A stretch of DNA of 58,555 nucleotides from Acidobacteriota bacterium (GTDB lineage Bacteria; Acidobacteriota; UBA6911; RPQK01; JADFOI01): NCBI GenBank assembly GCA_022562935.1, contig JADFOI010000003.1, positions 1 to 58,555 on the forward strand. The letters are read 5' to 3'. Positions 7,576 to 17,316 of the stretch are shown here, piece by piece; within the stretch, counting starts at the first letter, position 1, and each line of letters starts with the position of its first letter. A model generated the notes under the pieces. That model was not told where the DNA came from. It saw only the letters and a program-made list of their open reading frames with translations, and did no database searches. A program made the position numbers and the translations under genes.

Positions 7576-10410
7576 ATGAAGTGGCTGATTCTCCTTCTGT
7601 CTTCCGGGGTGGCGATGGCCTCTTTGGAAGCCGAGTCCCTGGCCGTCAGTCCACCTGGAGCCACTCAGACTCCAGAGTATTTCAAAGCATTTGAGTTCAG
7701 GGAAGACAAGGGAAGTTTGACCCGAGTCGTTCTGCGAAACGGTTTGACGATTGTGATCGAAGAACAGGCGCTGGATCCGCTGGCGACTGTGGTGACCTAT
7801 ATCCGGGCAGGTCACTCACAGGAAGAGGCAGGGAATATCGGGGTCACTGACCTTCTCGAGCGGCTCTATCGGCATCGAAGCGAAGTGGTTTCGGAGATGG
7901 TTGGCCTGGGAGCGGTGCTGAAGATCACCACCCGCTACGACAGTACTGTATTTTCTTCTTCTGTTCCGGCTGAAAATGTTCTCAAGACTCTGGAGTTTCA
8001 CGCCGCATTGTTGCAGGCTCCTGAAATTGATTTAGGTGCCATCGGCCGGGAGGTAGAAATCCTCTTGCAAGAGAGACTCCTCCAACTGGATCTGCCACAG
8101 GTCTTTGCCAGGCAGAAACTCCTGGAGTTGGCCTATCCGGAGCAGCGATGGGGAGATCCGCTTTCTTTGGAGAAAAGCTTCACGGGGATGGCACAGACGG
8201 ATGCCACCCTTCAGCAGCTGACTCGTTTTCATGAAGCTCATTACTACCCTGGAAATGTCATACTGGTCGTCTCAGGAGCGGTGCGCCGGGAGAGGATCCT
8301 GGAGAGGGTGGTGGAAACTTATGGCTCGTTGAGATCATCGAAGAAAGCCTCCCAGGTTTCAAAGGAGAACTCTGCTGATCCATCGACGGTGGGGCAAACC
8401 TCGTTTCGGTATCTTCATCTGCGTGGGAACCATCTGCAACCCTATTTACTTTTCGCCTATCGGATTCCGGGGCTTGAGCACGATGATTACTATCCGCTGC
8501 TGGTCCTTTCCTACATTCTGGGACGAGGGCGTGGTGCACTTTTGAAGCAGTCGATGCTCGGGGAGGGCGGTACGGCCGCTGATGTTCGAGTGGAAGTGGA
8601 GGCCCTTCAGAGCAAGGGAACTCTGTTCTTTCTCGTGACTCCTCATCTGCAAAGGGTCGATGGTGCGGAAGTTGAGGTGCTGGCCCAACTGGAGATACTC
8701 AAACAACGGGGAATTCCGATTGCCCAGTTGGACCGGGCTAAAGCTCTCATGTTGAAGGATCACTATCTGGGACTCCAAAGGCTTGAACAGCGAGCCAACG
8801 CACTGGCCCGCTATGAGGCGATGGGAGACTACCTTCAGCGTGACCGTGAGGTGGAACTGCTCACGCAAATCACTTCCAAACAGGTCAGCGATGTGCTGGA
8901 ACGCTATTTGACCGACTCCAATCTCTCCCTGCTGGAATACTTTCCACAAGAGGCCGAATCGCGTCACTTCACTTCTCAAACCCTTCTGGAAACCCTGCGC
9001 CTCCTGGTTCCCAGCGTTGTGAAGAAAAGTGCCGAAGAAGAAGACCCGTTCCAGGTCGCCGAGACCGAGTCCAGCTTCCAGCCCCCAGTATTCAGGCCCA
9101 GCCACTTGAAGTTTGATCTCAAGCACACTTCGATTCTGCGAGGGCCCGTGATTCACTTCAGGGAAGAGCATGCCTTTCCTCTCGTGCATTTTGGGTTTTT
9201 CTTTCCGGGAGGTCGAATCAAGGAATCGAACCAAAACAGCGGGATCACTGAAGTGATGCTTCGAGCCTTGCTTCGAAACGTGGTCTCTCGTGAGAATGCC
9301 CTTTCCTGGATGGATTTGGAGCGTCTGGGAACTGAGATCAGGGTCGTGAATGAACCCGATTTCTTTGGATTTCAGGCCATCGTTCTCTCGCCTCACCTGG
9401 AGAAAGTGTTTGAAACCCTGATCGATTGGACTCGCAGCGCAGCGGTGAAGGAAGAGGATCTTATCCTGGCCCGGCAGGAGGTCCTGGCGCTTCTTAACGC
9501 TGAGAAGGAAAACAGATCCCTGCGGCTTCTGGGCTTGACGCGAAGACGGGTGTTTTATGACCATCCCTATGGCTGGGATCGATACGGGACGTTGGAGAGT
9601 GTTTCCGGCTTTTCCCTGGAGTCTCTTCAAACTTGGGTGGAAAGTGAAATGACGGGTGTCCATCCCTGGATCATGGTCCACGGGGATATCGAAGGGACCT
9701 CCTTTTTAAGGAATTTTGTCTCCACGCTGAGTGACTCCAGCTATGAAGTCCGTAAGCCCATCCAAAGAGGGATATCCCAGCAGGAAGATTCGTCGGAAGC
9801 CAAGGGAGAGCCTATCTTCGAAGAAGAGGAGGATGAGGTGATGATGGCCTTTTCCGGACCAGCCAGGGGAACGCGTGACGAGGCGATTATCGATGTCCTG
9901 GAAGGGGCTTTGTTCCGTCCAGGCGGTCGCATTTCAATTTCCCTTCGAGACCAGGGTCTTGCCTATCAACTCAAAATGTTCCATCAGACAGGCCTCAGTG
10001 GGGGAGCCCTTTTCGCTTCTTTTGCCGCCCTGGATGGAAAGGGAAAAGCAGCCCGCGACGAGTTATTCAAGCAGTTGGGTCAGCTCAAGCAGGTCCCACT
10101 ACGGGAGAAGGAATTTTTCAATGCCGTGGTGGGTGCCATCACCAGGGCTCACGTTCGACAACAATCGGGAGAGGACTACATTGTCGAGCTGGGGCACCAT
10201 GTCTTGGCAAAAGAGGGAGTTGATCCCACTCGACAGTATCTCACCACGCTTAGAAGGGTTAAACGGGAGGACCTCATGGCTCTGGCTAAGAGATACTTTG
10301 GAGAGCAGGAAGCAGAAGTGAAGGAGACAGAAGTGAGGAGACAGGAGACAGAAACCGAAAAGGAGACCCCAGAACCTACAACTCCGAGTCCAAGACCGAG
10401 TTTGAGATGA
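7576..10410 (+). CDS. Secreted M16 (insulinase/pitrilysin-like) family protein, zinc motif degenerate
   Basis: Signal peptide; two M16 halves (LRNGLTIVIEE...; FPGGRIKES..NSGIT). HxxEH is replaced by DLLER. Confidence 0.85.
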   Translation: MKWLILLLSSGVAMASLEAESLAVSPPGATQTPEYFKAFEFREDKGSLTRVVLRNGLTIVIEEQALDPLATVVTYIRAGHSQEEAGNIGVTDLLERLYRHRSEVVSEMVGLGAVLKITTRYDSTVFSSSVPAENVLKTLEFHAALLQAPEIDLGAIGREVEILLQERLLQLDLPQVFARQKLLELAYPEQRWGDPLSLEKSFTGMAQTDATLQQLTRFHEAHYYPGNVILVVSGAVRRERILERVVETYGSLRSSKKASQVSKENSADPSTVGQTSFRYLHLRGNHLQPYLLFAYRIPGLEHDDYYPLLVLSYILGRGRGALLKQSMLGEGGTAADVRVEVEALQSKGTLFFLVTPHLQRVDGAEVEVLAQLEILKQRGIPIAQLDRAKALMLKDHYLGLQRLEQRANALARYEAMGDYLQRDREVELLTQITSKQVSDVLERYLTDSNLSLLEYFPQEAESRHFTSQTLLETLRLLVPSVVKKSAEEEDPFQVAETESSFQPPVFRPSHLKFDLKHTSILRGPVIHFREEHAFPLVHFGFFFPGGRIKESNQNSGITEVMLRALLRNVVSRENALSWMDLERLGTEIRVVNEPDFFGFQAIVLSPHLEKVFETLIDWTRSAAVKEEDLILARQEVLALLNAEKENRSLRLLGLTRRRVFYDHPYGWDRYGTLESVSGFSLESLQTWVESEMTGVHPWIMVHGDIEGTSFLRNFVSTLSDSSYEVRKPIQRGISQQEDSSEAKGEPIFEEEEDEVMMAFSGPARGTRDEAIIDVLEGALFRPGGRISISLRDQGLAYQLKMFHQTGLSGGALFASFAALDGKGKAARDELFKQLGQLKQVPLREKEFFNAVVGAITRAHVRQQSGEDYIVELGHHVLAKEGVDPTRQYLTTLRRVKREDLMALAKRYFGEQEAEVKETEVRRQETETEKETPEPTTPSPRPSLR

Positions 10411-10423
10411 ACCAGTTGTTTAG

Positions 10424-10479
10424 TGTCTGTTGTCTGTTGTCTGTTGTCAGCTGTCAGCTGTCAGCTGTCAACTGTCTGC
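10424..10479. repeat. Heptamer tandem array, 8 x TGTC(T/A)(G/A)(T/C)
   Basis: tgtctgt x3, tgtcagc x3, tgtcaac, tgtctgc. Confidence 0.95.
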
Positions 10480-10495
10480 GCTCCGGTGGTCAGTC

Positions 10496-11557
10496 ATGAA
10501 AGCAGTGATCATGGCGGGGGGGCAGGGAACTCGTTTCTGGCCCGTGAGCCGTGAAGAAAAACCCAAGCAGTTTATAGCCATAGGCGGCTCCAAAACCATG
10601 TTGCAGGAGACTGCGGCTCGGCTTCAACCGTTTCTGGCAGCGGGAGACGTCTACGTGGTGTGCGGCCAGCGGTACGTCCAGCAGGTTCGCGAGCAGTTGG
10701 ATCAACTCCAGGAAAATCAGATGATTGTCGAGCCCTCAGCCCGAAATACAGCTCCCTGTATCGGACTGGCGGCCCTCTATTTGAGGCGTCAGTTTCCCGA
10801 TGAAGTGATGTCGGTTTTTCCCGCCGATCACGTCATCCAGGATGTGGCCGAGTTTCATCAGGTTCTCCAGGCCGCACAGGAGCTTGCAAGAGAGGGCTGG
10901 CTGGTGACCTTTGGAATCCATCCTTCCTATCCGGCAACGGGCTACGGATATGTGGAGAAAGGGGATCTCCTGGGAGATTTTGCAGGGTGTGCGGCTTATG
11001 AAGTGGCCGGATTTACCGAGAAACCGGATCGTTCTCGGGCGGAGCAGTTCTTAAAAGAGGGTAGATATTATTGGAACAGCGGAATGTTTGTCTGGTCCAT
11101 AGACAGGATTCTGACCGAGATGGAAAAGCATATGCCGGAGTTGTACCAGGCCCTGATGGAAATTGACGATCATTGGGAGGACTCCGTGGGTATGGAAAAG
11201 ATCTACTCGGGGCTTGAGAAGACTTCCATTGACGTGGGTGTGATGGAGAAGGCGGAGAAAATTGCGGTGCTCCCCTGCACACTGGGATGGAGTGATGTGG
11301 GCAACTGGAGAGCATTGGAACAGGTCAAAAAAAGCGATGAGAAAGGAGTGATATCCAACGGTCCCCATGTCAATATCGACAGCCGTGATACTGTTCTCTA
11401 CACCTCAGAGGGTAAATTGATTGCTCTGGTAGGAGTCGAGGATCTGGTGGTGGTGGACGCTCCGGATGCCCTTCTGGTCTGTGCCAGAGAACGCATCGAG
11501 GATGTGAAGCAGGTGGTTGAGCATCTGAAAAAACTGGGCTGGGACGAGTATCTGTAG
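10496..11557 (+). CDS. manC: Mannose-1-phosphate guanylyltransferase
   Basis: MKAVIMAGGQGTRFWPVSR...PKQF, EPSARNTAP, GYGY, FTEKP, WSDVGNW. Confidence 0.93.
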   Translation: MKAVIMAGGQGTRFWPVSREEKPKQFIAIGGSKTMLQETAARLQPFLAAGDVYVVCGQRYVQQVREQLDQLQENQMIVEPSARNTAPCIGLAALYLRRQFPDEVMSVFPADHVIQDVAEFHQVLQAAQELAREGWLVTFGIHPSYPATGYGYVEKGDLLGDFAGCAAYEVAGFTEKPDRSRAEQFLKEGRYYWNSGMFVWSIDRILTEMEKHMPELYQALMEIDDHWEDSVGMEKIYSGLEKTSIDVGVMEKAEKIAVLPCTLGWSDVGNWRALEQVKKSDEKGVISNGPHVNIDSRDTVLYTSEGKLIALVGVEDLVVVDAPDALLVCARERIEDVKQVVEHLKKLGWDEYL

Positions 11558-11558
11558 G

Positions 11559-12674
11559 ATGAGTGAATTACTGGATGATTTAGAGGCGATTGGAAAGCTC
11601 GATACACAGGGGATGTGGGGGATTCTCAACTCCTTTGACCGGCAACTGGAAGAAGCTCTTGAGATCGGGCTGAAAGCGGACATCCCTGCCCCCAAAGCCA
11701 TTCAAAATGTGCTGGTTTGCGGGCTCGGAGGCTCGGCCATTGCCGGAGACTTTCTGAGTGCCTATTTGGGAACTGATTTGAAAGTTCCCCTTTCTGTTCA
11801 CCGCAACTATTCCGTTCCCGGGTTTGCCGATGAGAAAACACTGGCCTTGATTTGTAGTTACTCGGGTAATACTGAGGAAACGCTCTCGGCTTTCCATGGG
11901 GCACGCCAGGCCGGATGCTCGATCATCTGCCTGAGCAGCAATGGTCAGCTCCAGCGTGACGCAGGTCAATATGACTACCCCTTGCTGCAGATTCCGGGAG
12001 ACTTTCCACCTCGGACAGCTTTGGGGTACTTGGCGATTCCCCTGCTTGTCGTTTTGAGCCGGGTTGGCCTGGTTTCAGATCGTTCCGAGCAGATCAGCCG
12101 TTCGGTGAGTTGGGTGCGCAACCGAATCGAAAGGTTCGGCTTGGAAACTCCAGCGGAAGAAAATGCGGCAAAGGCACTGGCTTTGCAGGTGCACCAGAAA
12201 ATTCCGGTGATATACGGAAGTCAGGATCGACTGGAGATGGTTGCCCGAAGGTGGCGGGGGCAATTTTCTGAAAATGCAAAGCAACTGGCCTTCTCCAGCG
12301 CCATACCCGAGATGAATCATAATGAAATCGAGGGCTGGAAGCACCCGGCTCCGGCCCTTCGGCAGTTGATCCCCATATTTCTGCGGGACCGGGAAGACCA
12401 TCCTCAAGTGCAGATTCGGACCGGCATTGCTCGTCAGCTGGTGGGAGACAAGTCCGAGGCCTGTCTGGACTTCTGGACAGAGGGAGAGAGCTGGCTGGAA
12501 CGTTTGTGGTCGTTGATCCTGTTGGGGGATTTTGCCAGCCTCTACCTGGCTGTCTTGAATCGTGAGAATCCCACTCCGGTTCATGTCATTGAGGATTTCA
12601 AGAAGCGCTTAAAAGAGCAGACGGAAAAAGGTCATCAAGGTGGGAATGAACCCGGAAATCTTTCGAGAGTATGA
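11559..12674 (+). CDS. Bifunctional phosphoglucose/phosphomannose isomerase (SIS domain)
   Basis: CGLGGSAIAGD, SYSGNTEETL, PPRTA, ENAKQLA, PEMNHNEIEG. Confidence 0.92.
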   Translation: MSELLDDLEAIGKLDTQGMWGILNSFDRQLEEALEIGLKADIPAPKAIQNVLVCGLGGSAIAGDFLSAYLGTDLKVPLSVHRNYSVPGFADEKTLALICSYSGNTEETLSAFHGARQAGCSIICLSSNGQLQRDAGQYDYPLLQIPGDFPPRTALGYLAIPLLVVLSRVGLVSDRSEQISRSVSWVRNRIERFGLETPAEENAAKALALQVHQKIPVIYGSQDRLEMVARRWRGQFSENAKQLAFSSAIPEMNHNEIEGWKHPAPALRQLIPIFLRDREDHPQVQIRTGIARQLVGDKSEACLDFWTEGESWLERLWSLILLGDFASLYLAVLNRENPTPVHVIEDFKKRLKEQTEKGHQGGNEPGNLSRV

Positions 12675-14025
12675 TATTCGCGGAATCGCCGACAAAGACC
12701 TCAACGATGAGGTTGTGGTCACCTTGGGGCGTGCTGTGGGGACCTATCTGCGGCGGCAAGGCCGCAATAAACTCACGCTGGGAAGAGATTGCCGCCTGAG
12801 TTCGACACGACTGAGGGACCGGTTGACCGAGGGACTGCTGTCAACGGGTTGCCGAGTAACGGATATCGGGGTGTGTCCTACTCCGCTGCTTTATTTCTCG
12901 CTTCACCGTCTCGACTGCGATGGGGGTGTGATGATCACGGGCAGCCACAATCCTGCCGAATACAACGGCTTCAAAGTGGCCAAAGGAAAGCTTACGATTT
13001 ACGGGGATCAAATCCAGGAGGTGAGAAAGATCGCGGAGTCGGGGGAGTTTCTCGAGGAAGAAGGGGAAAGAGAGGAAGTCGCCCTGCTGCCTGAGTACCA
13101 TCGCTATTTGGCGGAGGCGTTTGGAAAACTCAACAACCCCTCTCGCGTGGTTGTAGACGCAGGAAACGGAACCAGTGCCCTGATAGCACCTCAGCTCTAC
13201 AGGGATCTTGGATGTGAAGTGATTGAGCTTTACTGCACCATGGATGGGAATTTTCCCAATCATCATCCCGATCCCACCGTGCTGGAGAACCTGCAGGATC
13301 TTATTCAAAAAGTCGAGCAGGAGAAGGCTGACCTAGGAATTGCCTTTGATGGGGACAGCGACCGTATTGGGGTGGTGGATGATCAGGGAAACGTGATCTG
13401 GGGAGACTATTTGATGATTCTGTACAGCCGTGAGATCCTTCGCCGAAGACCCGGAGCAACCATTATTGGAGAGGTCAAGTGCTCCCAAAACCTCTACGAT
13501 GACATTGAAAAGCATGGCGGGCGTGGGATTATGTGGAAGGCGGGACATTCTCTGATCAAGGCCAAGATGCAGGAAGAGGATGCAAGTTTCGCAGGGGAAA
13601 TGAGCGGTCATATGTTCTTTGCCGATCGATACTTTGGATATGACGACGCCATCTATGGGGGTGCTCGTCTCTTGGAGATTCTTTCCGAGAGTGGACAGAA
13701 AATTTCACAGATGTTGGCTGATGTTCCCAGGGTCTATAGTACCCCCGAGATTCGAGTCGATTGTCCGGAGCATTTGAAATTTGAAGTGGTCCGTCGGGCC
13801 CAGGAGTTCTTCAGTCAGCGTTATCAGACGATTACCGTGGATGGGGTCAGACTCCTGCTTGACGATGGCTGGGGTCTGGTTCGTGCCTCCAATACCCAGC
13901 CGGTACTGGTCCTGCGATTTGAAGCGCAGTCACAGGAACGATTGGAAGAAATTCGCTCCCTGATTGAGGACAAGCTGCAGGAGTTCATCGAGGAGACCGT
14001 TGCGGAAAAGGCCCAAAAACTATGA
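12646..14025 (+). CDS. Phosphomannomutase/phosphoglucomutase
   Basis: IFREYDIRG, ITGSHNP, FDGDSDR, GEMSGH, RASNTQP. Confidence 0.95.
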   Translation: MNPEIFREYDIRGIADKDLNDEVVVTLGRAVGTYLRRQGRNKLTLGRDCRLSSTRLRDRLTEGLLSTGCRVTDIGVCPTPLLYFSLHRLDCDGGVMITGSHNPAEYNGFKVAKGKLTIYGDQIQEVRKIAESGEFLEEEGEREEVALLPEYHRYLAEAFGKLNNPSRVVVDAGNGTSALIAPQLYRDLGCEVIELYCTMDGNFPNHHPDPTVLENLQDLIQKVEQEKADLGIAFDGDSDRIGVVDDQGNVIWGDYLMILYSREILRRRPGATIIGEVKCSQNLYDDIEKHGGRGIMWKAGHSLIKAKMQEEDASFAGEMSGHMFFADRYFGYDDAIYGGARLLEILSESGQKISQMLADVPRVYSTPEIRVDCPEHLKFEVVRRAQEFFSQRYQTITVDGVRLLLDDGWGLVRASNTQPVLVLRFEAQSQERLEEIRSLIEDKLQEFIEETVAEKAQKL

Positions 14026-14834
14026 AGAACTATCATGTTCTGATCGTCAGTGACGGCACGGGCGAGACGGGGAACCGGATGCTCAAGGCTGCTATGGTCC
14101 AATTTGGTGAGGATATCTTCGTCACACGCCATGCTAATATCCGCGACAAGGACCAGATACGGGAGCTTCTACAGCGCATATCCAATGAGAACATATTGGT
14201 CTTGCATACTTTTGCTTCCAAGGAGCTGAGAGACTACATCGAAGAAGCGACCGTAGAACAAGGTGCCGAATCCGTTGATTTACTGGGCCCGTTGATGAAC
14301 AAACTGGGTTCTCTTTTCCACCAGGCACCCGTTGCCAAGCCGGGTCTGCTCCATCGGGTGGATGAAGACTACTTCTTGAGGATTGATGCGATCGAGTATG
14401 CCATTCGTCACGATGACAAGCGTTCCGTGAGCGACCTGGATACGGCGGATATCGTCCTTTTGGGAGTGAGCCGCACTTCGAAGACCCCATTGAGCATCTA
14501 TCTGGCCCAGGAAGGATGGAAGGTCGCCAGTATTGCCATTGTGCGAGGGAGGAAGCTGCCCGCCCAGCTCTTTGAAATCGATCAGAACAAAATCGTGGGT
14601 CTTTCTATTGACCCCAAGCGACTTGCAGAGGTGCGCCGTGCGAGGCTCCAGCGATCGGACGTGGAGGATAAAAGCTATGCCGAGATGGATCGCATCAAGG
14701 AAGAGTTAGAGCACGCTCAGTCCGCTTACAGCGACAACCCCAGTTGGCCGGTGATTGATGTCACCGGAAAGTCACTCGAAGAAATCTCCCAGGAAGTTCT
14801 CGGTGCGTTGCTCGGAGAAGACCGGAAGCTTTAG
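14022..14834 (+). CDS. ppsR: PEP synthase/PPDK regulatory kinase-pyrophosphorylase (DUF299)
   Basis: VSDGTGET, RIDAIEYAIRHDD, GVSRTSKTPLSIYLA, DVTGKSLEE. Confidence 0.93.
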   Translation: MKNYHVLIVSDGTGETGNRMLKAAMVQFGEDIFVTRHANIRDKDQIRELLQRISNENILVLHTFASKELRDYIEEATVEQGAESVDLLGPLMNKLGSLFHQAPVAKPGLLHRVDEDYFLRIDAIEYAIRHDDKRSVSDLDTADIVLLGVSRTSKTPLSIYLAQEGWKVASIAIVRGRKLPAQLFEIDQNKIVGLSIDPKRLAEVRRARLQRSDVEDKSYAEMDRIKEELEHAQSAYSDNPSWPVIDVTGKSLEEISQEVLGALLGEDRKL

Positions 14835-14913
14835 TCTGGATTATACATAGGTTCTTGTCACGAAACGGTGTAGGGGCGAACCGGGACCGTCAGGATTGCA
14901 AAGACTCAGGAAT

Positions 14914-15036
14914 GTGGGAGGCACCTCAGGTGCCGAATCCGAAAAGAATGGGGAAGGAATAAGCGAGAGTTATCTTGTGTTCCACGATAGGAGCTATTTA
15001 GGGATCGAGCTGTTCGGCACCTGAGGTGCCTCCCAT
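14914..15036. repeat. Inverted pair of REP-like palindromes GTGGGA-GGCACCTCAGGTGCC-GA
   Basis: Copies at 14914-14936 (+) and 15014-15036 (-); another at 49275-49297; a variant near 782-800. Confidence 0.8.
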
Positions 15037-15173
15037 ATTCCTGAGGATCTCTGCCATATTCCTGAAGTTCCTCCCAATCGGGGCACCCGCTTGCGGGTCG
15101 AGCAACACGGGCGGTGCAGCACGCCGGATGATTTCGTCACTGCAGTAGAGGATTAATGCATAATCCGGGCTAG
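15013..15173 (-). repeat. CTAG-terminated composite repeat, copy 2
   Basis: Similar to 671-800 (inverted) and 32501-32589 (direct). Confidence 0.75.
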
Positions 15174-15189
15174 ATTATCGGTGATCCCC

Positions 15190-16050
15190 ATGAGCATGAT
15201 TCTTGCCGAGAAGTATCACAGCTGTGGCAACGACTTTTTGATCATTGCCTCCAGTGAGATTCCAGAGGAACAGTATTCGAGTCTTTCGCAGGCCATTTGT
15301 GATCGCCACCTTGGCGTTGGAGCGGATGGATGTGTGTTTGTGCGAGACCTTTCTCCCCCTCAGTTCCATCTGAGAATCTTCAATCAGGATGGAACGGAGG
15401 CAGGTATGTCGGGTAATGGTTTTCGCTGTGGCTGCGCCTTTTTGCACCGTCACGACCGGGTGGACCAACCGGAGGTCACACTCGAGACCGGCTCCGGGGT
15501 GAAGATCTACACTTTGCTTGAAGAGGAGGAGGGATTTTGGAGATACAGGTCCCGGATGGGAGCACCCTCCTTTGACCCTGCCGCTATCCCATTTCAGGCT
15601 CCATCGAAGTTGGAACAGGTACAGGAATATTCCCTGGAGATCCAGGGTCAAACCGTCTCCATCAACGCACTGTCGGTGGGTAATCCTCAGTGTGTCGTTT
15701 TTGTCGAGGAGTTCCCCGAAGGGGTGGACTTTGACAGAATGGGCGGGGGGCTGGAGTGCCACCCCTATTTCCCGGAGAGGACCAATGTCAGCTTCGTCCG
15801 GGTTGAGGATTCGCACCGGTTGAAGATCAAGATCTGGGAGCGCGGTGTTGGCCCCACTCATAGTTCGGGGACCGGTTCGTGTGGGGCGGCAGTGGCTGCA
15901 ATCCGCGCCGGAAGAGCGCAATCTCCTGTCCAAGTCCACACCCAAAAGGGATCCCAGTTGGTCGAGTGGAATCCCGGTGAGGAGATTTTTTTGACGGGTG
16001 AGGTCGAGTTTATTGGTGAGATGCAATTTCATGGGAGGCAACGTGCCTGA
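15190..16050 (+). CDS. dapF: Diaminopimelate epimerase-like protein (Ser/Ser active-site variant)
   Basis: KYHSCGNDF, GVGADG, RIFNQDGTEAGMSGNG, VGNPQCV, ERTNV, IWERGVG.T.SSGTGSC. Start codon uncertain (15181/15190/15196). Confidence 0.88.
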   Translation: MSMILAEKYHSCGNDFLIIASSEIPEEQYSSLSQAICDRHLGVGADGCVFVRDLSPPQFHLRIFNQDGTEAGMSGNGFRCGCAFLHRHDRVDQPEVTLETGSGVKIYTLLEEEEGFWRYRSRMGAPSFDPAAIPFQAPSKLEQVQEYSLEIQGQTVSINALSVGNPQCVVFVEEFPEGVDFDRMGGGLECHPYFPERTNVSFVRVEDSHRLKIKIWERGVGPTHSSGTGSCGAAVAAIRAGRAQSPVQVHTQKGSQLVEWNPGEEIFLTGEVEFIGEMQFHGRQRA

Positions 16051-17179
16051 GCGGAATTTAGTCGAGAAAATCCAAGCCGAAACGGATCAGATCATTGAGC
16101 TGTTGCGCAACCTGGTAGAACTGGAGAGTCCAAGTCACCGCAAGGATCTGGTTGATCGGGTAGGGGCTCTTGTTTTGGAGCACCTGGGGGCTCAGGGATT
16201 CACCCCTCAAGTGGTCTCCCGAAAGGAAGTCGGAGATATCGTTTGGGCGGAGTGGGGCGACCAAGAAGAAGGACGCATTCTTGTTCTGTGCCACATGGAC
16301 ACGGTCTGGGAAGAGGGCAGTCTGGCCCGGAATCCATTTCGGGTCGAAGACGATCGAATTTACGGGCCAGGTGTTTTTGATATGAAGGCCGGTGTTGTGG
16401 CCACTCTGAAAATTCAAGAGTACCTGGCGCGAGGCTGGATCTGCCCGCGCCGAAAGGTGCGTTTTCTCTATACGACTGACGAAGAACTCACCAGCACTCA
16501 CAGCCGGGAATTCATTGAAGATTTTGCCCGGGAGAGTGACCTGGTGCTGATCACGGAGCCGCCGCTTCCGGGAGGTGACCTGAAGACGACTCGAAAAGGC
16601 GTGGGGAGCTACGTCGTCAAGTTCCATGGGAAGTCAGCCCATTCCGGCTTGGACCCCGAGAAGGGAATCAATGCGGTAGAGGAATTGGCACAGCAGATTG
16701 TGGGTATCCATTCTTTGTCAGCGCCTGCTTTAGGGACGACCGTGACGGTCAACGTGGTTCGAGGAGGGCATGCTCCTAATGTCATCGCGGAGTACGCTGA
16801 GGCTACCGTGGACACGCGATTCAGAACTCTTGAGGAGGGAGAGCGAGTCGATGGCGAGCTCCGCCATCTCAAGCCCCATGTCCCTGGGATTCGGCTCGAA
16901 ATCGAAGGGGGTATCGACCGACCTCCCATGGTCAAGACACCGCGCTCTGAGGAACTGCTCCAGTCGGCTCAGGAGATCGCGTCGGAATTGGGATTCGATT
17001 TAGGTGAGGGAGAGAGTGGTGGAGGAAGTGACGGGAATATCACAGCCGCCCTGGGGATTGCCACCCTGGATGGTCTGGGCATTCCTGGAGATGGAGCCCA
17101 TGCCTGGCACGAGCATATCGAGATGAGTGCCCTGGCCCCGCGTATCGCTCTGTTGGCCCGCCTGATTGAGCGTCTTTAG
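16043..17179 (+). CDS. M20 family metallopeptidase (carboxypeptidase G2-like)
   Basis: GGAGG RBS, GTG start; HMDTV, GPGVFDMKAG, DEE, EP, GGGSDGN, GDGAHAWHE. Confidence 0.92.
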   Translation: MPERNLVEKIQAETDQIIELLRNLVELESPSHRKDLVDRVGALVLEHLGAQGFTPQVVSRKEVGDIVWAEWGDQEEGRILVLCHMDTVWEEGSLARNPFRVEDDRIYGPGVFDMKAGVVATLKIQEYLARGWICPRRKVRFLYTTDEELTSTHSREFIEDFARESDLVLITEPPLPGGDLKTTRKGVGSYVVKFHGKSAHSGLDPEKGINAVEELAQQIVGIHSLSAPALGTTVTVNVVRGGHAPNVIAEYAEATVDTRFRTLEEGERVDGELRHLKPHVPGIRLEIEGGIDRPPMVKTPRSEELLQSAQEIASELGFDLGEGESGGGSDGNITAALGIATLDGLGIPGDGAHAWHEHIEMSALAPRIALLARLIERL

Positions 17180-17268
17180 CCGACGAAACGTCGGCTAAAG
17201 ACGCGTTCCAGGTTCCAGGTTCCAGTTTTGAATTTGGGATTTTGAATTTCCAGCCGGTCTGCCGGCTG
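17170..17268 (-). repeat. Hairpin-heptamer composite module
   Basis: Minus strand: CAGCCGG-CAGA-CCGGCTG, then (AAATTCA/AAATCCC)n, (CCTGGAA)n, then a perfect 16-bp-arm hairpin at 17170-17204. Confidence 0.85.
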
Positions 17269-17316
17269 GGGTCTCCCGTTTGACTAACTTCCCTGTTCTG
17301 AGTACCTTTGCTCCCC

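Noticed and set aside
10430-10495. N-terminal extension MSVVCCQLSAVSCQLSA on ManC
   Set aside because: This is translation of the heptamer array; homology begins at MKAVIMAGG (10496).
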